Source of the DNA: Planctomycetota bacterium
GTDB lineage: Bacteria > Planctomycetota > UBA1135 > UBA2386
Assembly (NCBI GenBank): GCA_046290465.1
Contig: JBKAGP010000001.1
Coordinates: 6,144,001-6,208,000 of the forward strand
DNA: 64,000 bases
Direction: 5' to 3'
Shown here piece by piece: positions 18,626-28,859 of this stretch (its first letter is position 1; each line of letters starts with the position of its first letter). Below the pieces are notes generated by a model. The model searched no databases. It was not told the DNA's origin and was given only the letters and a program-made list of their open reading frames with translations. The translations under genes were made by a program, and so were the position numbers.

Positions 18626-20041
18626 TCAGTTCGCGGTGGGGGCGAACTCGACGTGGCCGAGCTGCGAGATGCGCTTGTGGATCTGCGACTCGGGGCTCCA
18701 GTTGCCGGTCCAGCCGGTCTTCTGCATCTCGGCGAGCTCGTCCTGCCACCACCAGCTGTCGCCGAAGGCCGGCTTCAGGTCGTCGAGCCAGCGCGCGTGC
18801 TCGTCGAACTTGGCGAAGAACACCTGGTTGACCCAGGCCGGGTTGCGGCCCTGGATGAACTTCAGCACGTAGACCTTCTCGCCGTTGACCTCGGCGACGC
18901 CGTCGACGAGCACCTTGCCCGGCGTGCACGACATCGACGGGCCGCGCACCGTGCGGGCCAGGCCCGAGACCTTGCGGTAGGCCTCGCTGAAGATCTCGAA
19001 CGCCTTGCCCAGCGGCACCTCGAAGTACTGGCGCGGGCCGGTGTCGCGCTCGACGAACATGTAGTACGGGATCGCGCCGAGCGTGACCTGGCGCTTCCAC
19101 ATGTTGGCCCAGACGGTGGCGTCGTCGTTGACGTGGCGGATCAGCGGCGCCTGGCAGCGGACCACCGCGCCGGTCTGGCGGATCCGCTCCATCGCGGCCT
19201 GGCCCATCGGCGTGTCGAGTTCGACCGGGTGGCTGTAGTGCGCCATGATCGCCAGGTTGCGGCCGGCGCTGTGCACCTCGTCGAACAGCTTCATCAGGTC
19301 GTCGGCATCGTCGTCGGTGACGAAGCGGCCCGGCCAGTAGGCCATCGCCTTGGTGCCGATGCGGATGCTGACGATGTGGTTGAGCTCCTCCGACAGCAGC
19401 GGCTCGAGGTAGCGGCGCAGGACCTTGGTCTTCATGACCATCGGGTCGCCGCCGGTGAACAGCACGCTGTTCACCTCGGGGTGCTTCTTGAGGTACTCGA
19501 TCATGCGGTCCGCCTCCTTGGCGGCGAACTTCATGTCGTCGAGGCCGACGAACTGCGGCCAGCGGAAGCAGTAGGTGCAGTAGCTGTGGCAGACCTGACC
19601 GGCCGACGGGAAGAACAGCACCGTCTCGCGGTACTTGTGCTGCATGCCGGCGACCTCGATGCCCTCGAGCTTCGGCACGTTCATCGACTTCTGGCCGGCC
19701 GGGTGCGGGTTGAGGCCGAGCTGGATGCGACGCGCCTCCGCCTTGATCTCGTCGCGACCGGCCTGCTTCTTGAGCAGGTCGATCATCGTGTCGAGCTCGC
19801 CGTCCTTCAGCATGCCCGGTTGCGGGAACGTCAGCTGGAACATCGGGTCGTCCGGCACGCGATCCCAGTCGATCAGCTCGTCGATGACGTAGTCGTTGAC
19901 GCGGAACGGCAACACCTGCGCGACGGCGCGCATGGCCAGCACCTGGTCCGGGCGGAAGCGCGACAGCTGGGGGATCTTCTCGAGGTTCTTCTCGGTGTAG
20001 ACCGTGAAGGGGCGAGGGGCGACTTGGATGTTCTTGGGCAT
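18626..20041 (-). CDS. KamA-family radical SAM protein (lysine 2,3-aminomutase-like)
   Basis: QHKYRETVLFF, CHSYCTYCFR (CxxxCxxC), VLFTGGDP, IRIGTK, QAPLIRHVND, PYYMF. Confidence 0.9.
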   Translation of the reverse strand: MPKNIQVAPRPFTVYTEKNLEKIPQLSRFRPDQVLAMRAVAQVLPFRVNDYVIDELIDWDRVPDDPMFQLTFPQPGMLKDGELDTMIDLLKKQAGRDEIKAEARRIQLGLNPHPAGQKSMNVPKLEGIEVAGMQHKYRETVLFFPSAGQVCHSYCTYCFRWPQFVGLDDMKFAAKEADRMIEYLKKHPEVNSVLFTGGDPMVMKTKVLRRYLEPLLSEELNHIVSIRIGTKAMAYWPGRFVTDDDADDLMKLFDEVHSAGRNLAIMAHYSHPVELDTPMGQAAMERIRQTGAVVRCQAPLIRHVNDDATVWANMWKRQVTLGAIPYYMFVERDTGPRQYFEVPLGKAFEIFSEAYRKVSGLARTVRGPSMSCTPGKVLVDGVAEVNGEKVYVLKFIQGRNPAWVNQVFFAKFDEHARWLDDLKPAFGDSWWWQDELAEMQKTGWTGNWSPESQIHKRISQLGHVEFAPTAN

Positions 20042-20309
20042 AGGGTTCCTGTCGAGGACTCCGGCTTCGTTTCGTCGAAGCGAATTGCGGGCGTCAGGAT
20101 GCTGACCGCCTTCTCCCCGGGCTCGCGCGGCGCCGCGAAGGCGCCCACGTGCGTTTTCGAGCCCGATCGGGGGCGAGCATCATAGCGAACGTTCGCCTTC
20201 GTGCCCACCCCGCACCCTCTTCGGTGGCCGGGCGGGTCCGGATGCCGGTCGGGCAGCGTTCGCGTTTCTCCTTGTCCTGCGGCATGATGCGGTCAGGAGA
20301 ACCGACACG

Positions 20310-20636
20310 ATGGCATCTGGATTCGGAGACATGCAGAGCCTGCTCAAGCAGGCGCAGGACATGCAGCGTCGCATGCAGGAGACCCAGCGGGCGCTCGCCG
20401 AGCGGGTGCTCGAGGGCAGCGCCGGTGGTGGGGTCGTCAAGGCCTACGTCAACGGCAACCAGGAGCTGCAGTCGATCAAGATCGACAAGGCTGCGGTCGA
20501 CCCGGACGACGTCGAGACCCTGGAGGACCTGGTCAGCGGCGCGGTCCGCCAGGCGCTGGCCGCGGCCCGCGAGCTGAAGGAGCAGGAGACGGCCAAGATC
20601 ACCGGCGGCATGAACCTGCCCGGGCTGGGCTTCTAG
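20310..20636 (+). CDS. ybaB: YbaB/EbfC nucleoid-associated protein
   Basis: LLKQAQDMQ, GSAGGGVV, DPDDVETLEDLV, TGGMNLPG. Confidence 0.95.
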   Translation: MASGFGDMQSLLKQAQDMQRRMQETQRALAERVLEGSAGGGVVKAYVNGNQELQSIKIDKAAVDPDDVETLEDLVSGAVRQALAAARELKEQETAKITGGMNLPGLGF

Positions 20637-20670
20637 GGCGACCGGGTCTCTCGGGCGGCTGGATTCCCGC

Positions 20671-20736
20671 GCGGCTGCGAGCTGGATCTCTCGCGGCTGC
20701 GGGCTGTATCTCTCGCGGCTGCGGGCTGGGATTCCC
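20671..20736. repeat. 22-bp imperfect tandem repeat x3 (GCGGCTGCGRGCTGKATCTCTC)
   Basis: Contiguous copies downstream of the ybaB stop. Confidence 0.8.
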
Positions 20737-20762
20737 CCCGCCCCGTTCTACAACGGCTCAAC

Positions 20763-22079
20763 ATGCACGCCCCTAGCTGGACCGCCCTGCTGGCCGCGGC
20801 CGTGCTGGCCGCCTCGTGCGGCTGGCCGTCGCGCCACGCCTCGCTGGCCGAACTCCCGACCGAACTGGTGCCGATGGAGGGCTTCGAGGACGTGCGGGCG
20901 GTCGACGGCTACCCGGACGCCGCGTTCCAGGCGTCGTTCGACGCGGCGATCGCGCAGCTGGCGGCCTCGCCGGTGCCCGCCGACGGCCGCCGCGACTTCG
21001 ACATGCTGGTGCTCAGCAGCGGCGGCGTGAACGGCTCCTTCGGCGCCGGCATCCTGACCGCGTGGTCGCAGCGCGGCGACCGGCCGACGTTCGAGACCGT
21101 CACCGGGGTCAGCGTCGGCGCGCTGATGGCGCCGTTCGCGTTCGCCGGCCCCGCGTTCGACCACCGCCTCGAGCAGCTGTTCCGCCACATCAACCCGGGG
21201 GACCTGCACCGCGAGAAGGGCGTGCTGACGTCGGTGCTGTGGGACGAGTCGCTCGCCGACAACCGGCCGCTGCGCCGGCTGGTCGCGCGCGGCGTCGACG
21301 ACGAGCTGATGCGCGCGATCGCCAAGGGGCACGCCGAGGGTCGTCGCCTCTACGTCGGCTCGACCAACATGGACATCGGCCAGTTCTGCATCTGGGACCT
21401 CGGCGCGATCGCGACCCGCGGCACCGACGAGGCGCGCGACCTGCTGTGCGACGTGCTGGTCGCGTCGGCGTCGATCCCGGTGGTCTATCCGCCGATGCGC
21501 TTCGAGGTCGGCGGCCGCGACGAACTGCACAGCGACGGCGCGGTGACGCGGCCGCTGTTCATGCCGCAGAACGTGTTCGACGGCTACCTGTCGGCCGAGC
21601 GCGCCGGCGTCAGCTGGGACGACATCGACGCGACCCTCTACGTCGTGCACAACGGTTCGCTACGCGCCTGCCCGACCGACGTGCAGCGCGACACGCTCGC
21701 GATCGCGACGCGCACCGTCACGATGATGAGCTACACGATGGTGTCGGAGCACATCCTGCACCTCTACCTGCTGGCGCGCGCGTGGGGCGCCGAGTTCCGC
21801 TTCCACACGCTGCCCGGCGGCCAGGAACTGCCGATCGACAGCTTTACGTCGGCGGACACCAACCGGCTGTTCCTGCTCGGCCAGGGGCTGATGGAGCGCA
21901 ACGAACCGTGGCTGCAGGCGCCGCCCGGCTACGTCGTCAACGAGGACCTGCACCGGGTCCAGCCGCACTCGACCCCGGCGGCGGTGGTCGACGAGCGAGG
22001 CCTGAGCGAGCGCCTGACCGTCATCGAGGAGCAGCTGCGGCTGCTGCGTGAGGAACTGCGCGCGGCGCGCGAGCAATAG
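20763..22079 (+). CDS. patatin-like phospholipase lipoprotein
   Basis: Lipobox LAASC; LSSGGVNGSFGAG, GVSVG nucleophile, ASASIP, DGA. Confidence 0.88.
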   Translation: MHAPSWTALLAAAVLAASCGWPSRHASLAELPTELVPMEGFEDVRAVDGYPDAAFQASFDAAIAQLAASPVPADGRRDFDMLVLSSGGVNGSFGAGILTAWSQRGDRPTFETVTGVSVGALMAPFAFAGPAFDHRLEQLFRHINPGDLHREKGVLTSVLWDESLADNRPLRRLVARGVDDELMRAIAKGHAEGRRLYVGSTNMDIGQFCIWDLGAIATRGTDEARDLLCDVLVASASIPVVYPPMRFEVGGRDELHSDGAVTRPLFMPQNVFDGYLSAERAGVSWDDIDATLYVVHNGSLRACPTDVQRDTLAIATRTVTMMSYTMVSEHILHLYLLARAWGAEFRFHTLPGGQELPIDSFTSADTNRLFLLGQGLMERNEPWLQAPPGYVVNEDLHRVQPHSTPAAVVDERGLSERLTVIEEQLRLLREELRAAREQ

Positions 22080-22082
22080 CCC

Positions 22083-22682
22083 ATGGCCGGACGCGATCGC
22101 ACCATCGAGAACCTGATCGAACGGCTCAACCGCCTGCCGGGCGTCGGGCCGAAGACCGCCGAACGGCTGGCGTTCCACCTGCTGCGCGTCGAGCAGCAGG
22201 AGGCGATGGAGCTGGCGCAGGCGATCGAAGCGGTGCGCAAGGCGGTCAAGAGCTGCAGCGTCTGCTTCCAGCTCGACGCCAGCGACCCGTGCAGCGTCTG
22301 CAGCGACGACACCCGCGAACGCGACATGCTGCTGGTCGTCGAGGACCCACGCGAGGTGGCGCGCTTCGAGGACATCGGCTACCGCGGCGTCTACCACGTG
22401 CTGCAGGGCCGGCTGTCGCAGCTCGAGGGCATCAAGCTCGAGGACCTGACGATCACGGCGCTGATGCAGCGCGTCGAGGAGGGCGACTTCCAGGAGGTCT
22501 GCCTCGCGACCAATCCGGACCTCGAGGGCGAGGGCACCGCGCAGGTGCTGGCCGAGAAGCTGCAGAAGAGCGGTGCGCGGCTGACGCGGCTGGCCCGCGG
22601 CCTGCCGGCCGGCTCGTCGATCGCGCAGGTCAGCACGTCGATCCTGTCGGACGCGATCGAGGGGCGCCGGCCGCTGTCGTGA
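22083..22682 (+). CDS. recR: recombination mediator RecR
   Basis: LPGVGPKTAERLAF, C4 zinc finger, VVED, YHVLQG, ATNPDLEGEGTA. Confidence 0.97.
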   Translation: MAGRDRTIENLIERLNRLPGVGPKTAERLAFHLLRVEQQEAMELAQAIEAVRKAVKSCSVCFQLDASDPCSVCSDDTRERDMLLVVEDPREVARFEDIGYRGVYHVLQGRLSQLEGIKLEDLTITALMQRVEEGDFQEVCLATNPDLEGEGTAQVLAEKLQKSGARLTRLARGLPAGSSIAQVSTSILSDAIEGRRPLS

Positions 22683-22692
22683 TGGCGCTGTC

Positions 22693-25212
22693 GTGAGCCG
22701 CCGCGAACCGCTGCCGATCGACGCGTCGCTGCCCGACGTGCTGCGCGCGCTCGAGCGCAGCACGACGGCGCTGCTGATGGCGCCGCCGGGCTCCGGCAAG
22801 ACCACGCGCGTGCCGCCGGCCCTGCTCGATGCGCTGGCCGACGGCGGCCAGGTCGTCGTGCTCGAGCCGCGTCGCCTCGCTGCGCGCGCCGCCGCGCAGC
22901 GGGTCGCGCAGGAACTCGGCTGCGAGCTCGGTGGCCTGGTCGGCTACCAGGTGCGCGGCGACTCCAAGGTCTCCAGGCAGACGCGGGTGCGGTTCGTGAC
23001 CGAAGGTGTGCTGGTGCGGCAGATGGTGCAGGACCCGTTCCTCGACGGCGTCGCCGCGGTCTGCCTCGACGAGTTTCACGAACGGCACCTCGAGGGCGAC
23101 CTGGCGCTGGCGATGCTGCAGGAGACCCGCACGACGGTGCGCGAGGACCTGCTGCTGTGCGTGATGTCGGCGACGCTCGACCCCGGCCCGCTGCAGGCGT
23201 TCCTCGCCGGCGCCGAGGTCGTCGAAGCGGACGGCCGCCTGCACCCGGTCGAGGTCGTGCACCTGCCGCGCGTCACCACCGCCGACCTCGAGGTGCTGGT
23301 GCGCGACGCCGTCGAGCGCGCGCTCGACGAGACCGACGGCGACGTGCTGGTGTTCCTGCCGGGCGTCGGCGAGATCTCGCGCTGCCAGCAGGCGCTGCAC
23401 AACCTCGCGCGCCGCCGCAACGTCGCGGCGCTGCCGCTGCACGGCCGCCTCGACCTCAAGGAGCAGAGCCGCGCGATCCGGCCGCTCGACCAGCGCAAGG
23501 TGGTGCTGTCGACCAACGTCGCCGAGAGCTCGCTGACGATCGCCGGCGTCACGGCGGTGGTCGACTCGGGCCTCGCCCGCGAACTGCGCTTCGACCGCGG
23601 CCGCGGCGTCGATGTGCTCGAACTCGGCCGCATCAGCCTCGCGTCGGCGACCCAGCGCGCCGGTCGCGCCGGCCGCACCGGCCCCGGCCGCTGCTATCGG
23701 CTATGGTCGCAGGCCGAGGAGCGCGGCATGCGGCCGCACTCGCTGCCCGACGTGCAGCGCGTCGACCTGTGCGGCCCGGCGCTGTCGGTGCGCGCGTTCG
23801 CCGGCCGCGACCCGGTCGCGTTCGGCTGGTTCGAAGCGCCGCCCGAGGACGCGCTGCAGCGCGCCGACGAGCTGCTGGCGATGCTCGACGCGATCGACGG
23901 CGCCGACGGCCGGCTGACCGCGCTCGGGCGCGAACTGCTGGCGATGCCGCTGCATCCGCGGCTCGGCGCGGTCGTGCTCGCCGGCCGCGAACTCGGCTGT
24001 TCGGTCGCCGCGGCGACCGCGGCGGTGCTGCTCAGCGACGTCGAGTCGCTCGGTCGCGACCGCGACGGCGCCGACCTGCACGCGGCGGTCGAGGCGTTCC
24101 TGCTGGCCGAGGAGCGTGGCTTCCCCGAGCACCTGTGCCGCGAGTTCGGTTCGTTTCCGGGCCCGGCGCGCGCGCTGCAGAAGACCCGCGACCGCATGTT
24201 GCGCCGCGGGGATCGCGACGACCCGCGGCGACGCGATACGACCCTGCTCAACCGCTGCCTGCTGCGGGGCTTCCCCGACCGGGTCGTGCGGCGCACGCCC
24301 GGTGCGGCGCTCGACGTGCGAACCGGCACGATGGTCTCCGGCCGCGGCGTGAGCTTGCCGAAGGTCTGCGACGGCGAGGAGCTGGTGCTGGCGCTGCGCC
24401 TGCACGAGGCCGGCCGCCAGCAGCGCTCGCAGGCCAACCTGACCGCGTCGCTGACGATGGAGGACCTGGAGCAGGCCGAGGGCCGCGCCCTCGAGAGCGT
24501 CGTCGTCGCCGAACTCGACGAGGCGCAGGGCCGCGTGTTCGCCGTTCGGCAGCAGCGCTACCGCGACCTGCCGCTGCGCTCGGCGCGCGGTGGCGAGCCG
24601 CCGCTCGATGAGGCGCGCGAGCTGCTGCTGCCGATCCTGGCGCGCGATCCGTGGCGCTGGCTCGGCGAGCAGAAGGAGCTGCGTCGCCTGCTCGGTCGCA
24701 TGGCCTGGCTGGCCGAACGCGCGCCGGACCTCGACCTGCCTGCTTTCGACGACGAGGCGGTGGCCCGCGCCGCGCTCGACCTGCTGGCCGGCACCGACCT
24801 CAAGCAGCTGCGCGACGTCAAGGTCAAGGAGGTGCTGATCCACCGGCTGACCCCGCAGCAGCAGCGCACGCTCAAGCAGGCAGCGCCGGACCGCATCGAG
24901 CTGCCGACCGGCCGCGCCGCCGTGGTCGACTACACCGCCGAGGCCGGCCCGACCGTCGCCGCGCGCCTGCAGGAGTTCTTCGGCCTGCCCGAGGTCGCGC
25001 GCCTCGCCGGCGGCCGCGTGCCGGTCGTGCTGCAGCTGCTCGCTCCAAACCACCGCCCGGTGCAGGTCACGACCGACCTCGCGAGCTTCTGGCAGAACGT
25101 CTACCCGCAGGTTCGCAAGGAGCTGAGCCGCCGCTATCCGCGCCACAGCTGGCCCGAGGATCCGCTGGCGGCCAACCCGGAGTCGCGGCCGAAGCCGCGG
25201 CGACGGCGGTAA
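22693..25212 (+). CDS. hrpB: ATP-dependent helicase HrpB
   Basis: APPGSGKTTRVP, DEFHER, MSATL, TNVAESSLTI, QRAGRAGR, C-terminal RLQEFFG...RYPRHSWP. Confidence 0.96.
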   Translation: MSRREPLPIDASLPDVLRALERSTTALLMAPPGSGKTTRVPPALLDALADGGQVVVLEPRRLAARAAAQRVAQELGCELGGLVGYQVRGDSKVSRQTRVRFVTEGVLVRQMVQDPFLDGVAAVCLDEFHERHLEGDLALAMLQETRTTVREDLLLCVMSATLDPGPLQAFLAGAEVVEADGRLHPVEVVHLPRVTTADLEVLVRDAVERALDETDGDVLVFLPGVGEISRCQQALHNLARRRNVAALPLHGRLDLKEQSRAIRPLDQRKVVLSTNVAESSLTIAGVTAVVDSGLARELRFDRGRGVDVLELGRISLASATQRAGRAGRTGPGRCYRLWSQAEERGMRPHSLPDVQRVDLCGPALSVRAFAGRDPVAFGWFEAPPEDALQRADELLAMLDAIDGADGRLTALGRELLAMPLHPRLGAVVLAGRELGCSVAAATAAVLLSDVESLGRDRDGADLHAAVEAFLLAEERGFPEHLCREFGSFPGPARALQKTRDRMLRRGDRDDPRRRDTTLLNRCLLRGFPDRVVRRTPGAALDVRTGTMVSGRGVSLPKVCDGEELVLALRLHEAGRQQRSQANLTASLTMEDLEQAEGRALESVVVAELDEAQGRVFAVRQQRYRDLPLRSARGGEPPLDEARELLLPILARDPWRWLGEQKELRRLLGRMAWLAERAPDLDLPAFDDEAVARAALDLLAGTDLKQLRDVKVKEVLIHRLTPQQQRTLKQAAPDRIELPTGRAAVVDYTAEAGPTVAARLQEFFGLPEVARLAGGRVPVVLQLLAPNHRPVQVTTDLASFWQNVYPQVRKELSRRYPRHSWPEDPLAANPESRPKPRRRR

Positions 25213-25321
25213 GCCGCGCTGGCGCCAGATGGCGGGCCATGGCCAGGCCGCGCCGAAAACCCGTAGATTCGGGCCGCTCCCTGTACCCTCTTGGTGCACT
25301 CCGGCATTTGGGCCGCCGTCC

Positions 25322-25882
25322 ATGAGCCACTCCATCGCCGCGCCCCTGACCCACAGTCGGACCGAGCTGTTCGTCGACCGGCACCAGGTCGGGCTGTGGC
25401 GGTTCCTGCGCGCGCTCGGCTGTGATGCGCTGCATGCCGAGGAGCATTGCCAGGACGCGCTGCTCGCCGCGTTGCACCGCGGCATCGACCGGCTGCCGGA
25501 GCGCGAAGCGCACCGATGGCTGCGAACGGCCGCCCGCAACCTGTTTCGGATGCAGCTTCGCAAGGATGGGCGACGGCCGAAGACCGTCTCGCTGGACCTG
25601 CTGGAGGCCGGGTTCGGGGAGTTGCACGGTCAGGATCCGGACGGCGGGCGGGCGCTGCAGGCGCTGCGCTCGTGCCTGCGGGCCTTGCCGGGCCGGCAGC
25701 GCGACCTGATTGCGCGGCGCTACGAGCACGGACAGTCACGGCGCCAGATTGCGGCCGCGTTCCGTCTCGGAGAGGCGGCGATCAAGCAGGCACTGCGACG
25801 AGTGCGTCTGCGCCTGAAGGATTGCGTGACCCGTGCGTTGCACGGCCAGAGCCACTGCCCCGATGACCAGGAGACGACCTGA
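25322..25882 (+). CDS. ECF sigma-70 factor
   Basis: Region 2 (AEEHCQDAL...WLRTAARN) and region 4 (CLRALPGRQR...QIAA...ALRRVRLRLKDC). Confidence 0.88.
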   Translation: MSHSIAAPLTHSRTELFVDRHQVGLWRFLRALGCDALHAEEHCQDALLAALHRGIDRLPEREAHRWLRTAARNLFRMQLRKDGRRPKTVSLDLLEAGFGELHGQDPDGGRALQALRSCLRALPGRQRDLIARRYEHGQSRRQIAAAFRLGEAAIKQALRRVRLRLKDCVTRALHGQSHCPDDQETT

Positions 25883-27273
25883 TGAGCCACCGAACGGATC
25901 CGGAGCTGGCGCCCGAATGGGACGAGCAGGCGATCGACGCGCTGCTCTGCGAGTATCTGACGCGCGAAGCGCCTCCGCGGATGACCGACGCGGTGCTGGA
26001 ACGGCATCACCGGGGCGACGGGGCCCTGGCCGCATCCGTCGTCGACGCTGCGGCCCACGCGGCGACCCGCCGATCGAACGGGACGTGGCTCGCGGCTGCT
26101 CTGCTGCTGCTCGGGGTCGGCGCGGTGCTCGGCACGATCTGGATGGCGGACGCCGACGACGCTGGTCGGCGCATGGCAGCGAACGGGCCGAAGGACCCGA
26201 TGCCGGAGCTGTGGCAGGATCCAGAGCCGCGGGAACGGCAGGATCCGAAGGGGAAGAAGGAAGCAGGTCGTGCCGAGCAGGAGCAGCAGGGAGGGGCGGG
26301 CCAGGAGCGACGGCCAGCGAAGCTGCCGTTCGAGATGCCGCCGTCGGAGGCCGGGGGGGACGAGCGGTTCTTCTTGCGCGTGGTCGACCATCAGGGCGGT
26401 CCGGTGCAGTCGTTCCGCTTCCGCGTGCTCGGCTCTTCGCTCGGCGATCGACCGCTGTTCGTCGGCATTCCCGCACTGCGCGACCTGCGTCGCGAGCCGC
26501 GCGACTTCTCGAAAGACGAGGGCCGCACCGCGGTGGAAGGGCTGCGCCCAGGGGTCTACCGCGTGCTGGTCGACGACGGGGTGCACGCGCCGTCGATGAG
26601 CGCCGCGTTCGCGGTAGCTCAGGGCTCGGCGGTCGAGGTCCTCGCCCAGCTGAAGATCGGTGGCACGATCTCGGGCGTCGTTCGCGATTCGCGCGGTGCG
26701 CCGGTGGCGGGTGCGGTCGTATCCACCGGGCTCACGTTGCCCGAAGGCATGGTCGATGCGAGTGCGTTCGGGGCGCACGTCCTGGACAGGCTGCCTGGTG
26801 TGATCACGCCGCGTCAGGTTACGACCGCGGCCGATGGCTCCTACTCGCTGCAGCGGCTGCGGCCCTCGAGCTACCACCTCAGCGTCGTGCACCCGGACTT
26901 CTGTGTCGAACGCCACCGCGACATCCAGGTCGAGGGCGGCAAGGAAGCGGCGGCAGCGAGGTTCGACGTTCGGTTGCGCGATGGCGCGCTGGTGCGGGGC
27001 AAGGTGTCGCTCGACGGGGCACCGGTGCCCGGCGCCCGCATCGCGGTCTTCACCGACGAGCGCGATGCCCGCCAGAAGTTGAGCATGCGGGCAGACGCGC
27101 AGGGACGGTTCGTTGCGCGGTTCCGGCTGCCGCCTGGCGACTACAAGATCTGCGGCAACGTCGAGCCGGTCGGCCGGCAGGCATCGAAGCTGGAGCAGCG
27201 GCGCCGCAGCAGCATCGCGTTCGCGGTCCGTCCGCGACAGGCGGAAGCCGAGGTCGACGTCGTGTTGCGCTGA
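25882..27273 (+). CDS. putative anti-sigma membrane protein with carboxypeptidase-regulatory-like beta domains
   Basis: TGATG overlap with the sigma; short cytoplasmic domain, one TM, then ISGVVRDSRGAPVAGAVV and TAADGSYSL repeats. Confidence 0.75.
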   Translation: MSHRTDPELAPEWDEQAIDALLCEYLTREAPPRMTDAVLERHHRGDGALAASVVDAAAHAATRRSNGTWLAAALLLLGVGAVLGTIWMADADDAGRRMAANGPKDPMPELWQDPEPRERQDPKGKKEAGRAEQEQQGGAGQERRPAKLPFEMPPSEAGGDERFFLRVVDHQGGPVQSFRFRVLGSSLGDRPLFVGIPALRDLRREPRDFSKDEGRTAVEGLRPGVYRVLVDDGVHAPSMSAAFAVAQGSAVEVLAQLKIGGTISGVVRDSRGAPVAGAVVSTGLTLPEGMVDASAFGAHVLDRLPGVITPRQVTTAADGSYSLQRLRPSSYHLSVVHPDFCVERHRDIQVEGGKEAAAARFDVRLRDGALVRGKVSLDGAPVPGARIAVFTDERDARQKLSMRADAQGRFVARFRLPPGDYKICGNVEPVGRQASKLEQRRRSSIAFAVRPRQAEAEVDVVLR

Positions 27274-27485
27274 CCCGATCCGCGACCGGTCGAGAGCCGA
27301 TGCATTGGTCGTTCGGCACGTTGACGAGCTTGCCGACCGCGTCGTGGTCGCAACGGGCGCCGCGCCCGCGTCCGGTCCGGCCGTTGCCAACGGCAGTCCT
27401 CGCGACTGCCGCATTCCTGGACGCCGCGTGCCAACTGCTCAAGATCTGGGCGGTTGTGGTCGAAACCACTCATGGAACCGGACCC

Positions 27486-28859
27486 ATGAGCCTCGACCTG
27501 AAACTCGGACAACGGCAGGAGCAGCGCATGGCGCTGCTGCCCCAGATGCTGCAGTCCATCGAGGTGCTGCAGCTGGCAACCGCCGATCTGGTGGCGTTCG
27601 TCGACGCCGAGCTGCAGCAGAACGAGACGCTCGAGGTGCAGCGCCGCGAGGTCGAAGCGCCCGATGCCCCCGAGCCCAAGAGCAACGAACGCGACGAGCC
27701 GGACTTCGAGGAGTTCCGGCGAGCGCGCCCGGACGGCGACGACAAGAAGCTCGGCTTCCTCAACTCGGTGCCGGCGCGCGGGGGCAACCTGGTCGACCAC
27801 GTTCGCGAACAGCTGGCCTTCCGCGACGTGCCGCCGCTGATCGCCGAGGTCGTGGTGCTGCTGGCCGAACGCGTCGACGAGCGCGGCCTGCTGCCGCAGC
27901 CCGACACCGAACTGGCCGTCGAACTCGACCTCGGCAGCGACCTGGTCGGCGAGGCGCGCACGGCGCTGCAGCAGCTCGAGCCGGCCGGGGTCGGCGCGCA
28001 CGATGCCATCGAGGCGATGCTGATCCAGGCGCAGGCCGACCCGGACCTGCCGCTGATCGAGATGATGCTGCGCGAACACCTCGAGGAGCTGTCGCGCAAC
28101 AAGCTGCCCGACGTCGCGCGCGCGCTGTCGCTGTCGATCGACGAACTGCAGGACCTGATGGGGCGGGTGCGGTCGCTCAACCCGCGGCCGGGCGCCGAGT
28201 TCGTCGCCGACGACGACCTGCCGGTGCAGCCCGATGCGTTCGCCTGGCTGCAGAACGGCGAGGTGCGCGTCGCGCTCGACGACGAGGCGCTGCCCGACCT
28301 GCAGGTCAACGAGCAGTACGCGGCGCTGTTCGGCGACCGCCGGACCGAGCGTGAGGTGCGCGACTACCTGCGGCCGAAGCTGCGCTCGGCGCGGGACCTG
28401 ATCGACGCGATCCAGCAGCGCAAGGCGACGCTCGCGCGCGTCGTGCAGGCGACCATGGAGCAGCAGCGCGCCTTCCTCGAGAAGGGCCGCGCGGCGATCA
28501 AACCGCTGCGCATGAGCGACATCGCCGACCAGCTCGAACTGCACACGTCGACCGTCAGCCGCACGATCGCCGGCAAGTTCGTGCAGACCGATCGCGGCGT
28601 GTTCTCGTTGCGCGAGTTCTTCGACGGCAGCCGCATCGACGCGGCCAAGGCCGAGGGGCAGGGTCGCATGGCGGTCTCGCAACAGATCCAGGACCTGGTC
28701 GACCAGGAGGACAAGCTGCACCCGATGTCGGACGACGACATCGTCGCGGCGCTTTCCGGTCGCGGCGTGCAGGTGGCGCGCCGGACCGTTGCCAAGTACC
28801 GACGGGAGCTCAGCATCCCGTCCAGCTACCAGCGCAGGAAGTTCACCGACCCGTCATGA
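27486..28859 (+). CDS. rpoN: RNA polymerase sigma-54 factor
   Basis: PQMLQSIEVLQL, LEPAGVGA, LHTSTVSR, RpoN box ARRTVAKYR. Confidence 0.97.
   Translation: MSLDLKLGQRQEQRMALLPQMLQSIEVLQLATADLVAFVDAELQQNETLEVQRREVEAPDAPEPKSNERDEPDFEEFRRARPDGDDKKLGFLNSVPARGGNLVDHVREQLAFRDVPPLIAEVVVLLAERVDERGLLPQPDTELAVELDLGSDLVGEARTALQQLEPAGVGAHDAIEAMLIQAQADPDLPLIEMMLREHLEELSRNKLPDVARALSLSIDELQDLMGRVRSLNPRPGAEFVADDDLPVQPDAFAWLQNGEVRVALDDEALPDLQVNEQYAALFGDRRTEREVRDYLRPKLRSARDLIDAIQQRKATLARVVQATMEQQRAFLEKGRAAIKPLRMSDIADQLELHTSTVSRTIAGKFVQTDRGVFSLREFFDGSRIDAAKAEGQGRMAVSQQIQDLVDQEDKLHPMSDDDIVAALSGRGVQVARRTVAKYRRELSIPSSYQRRKFTDPS

Noticed and set aside
18626..20041. Assignment as epmB or kamA proper
   Set aside because: The family is clear, but neither context nor motifs fix the substrate.
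27274..27485. Sigma54 autoregulatory site upstream of rpoN
   Set aside because: GGCACG occurs on both strands but lacks GC at the required -12 spacing.
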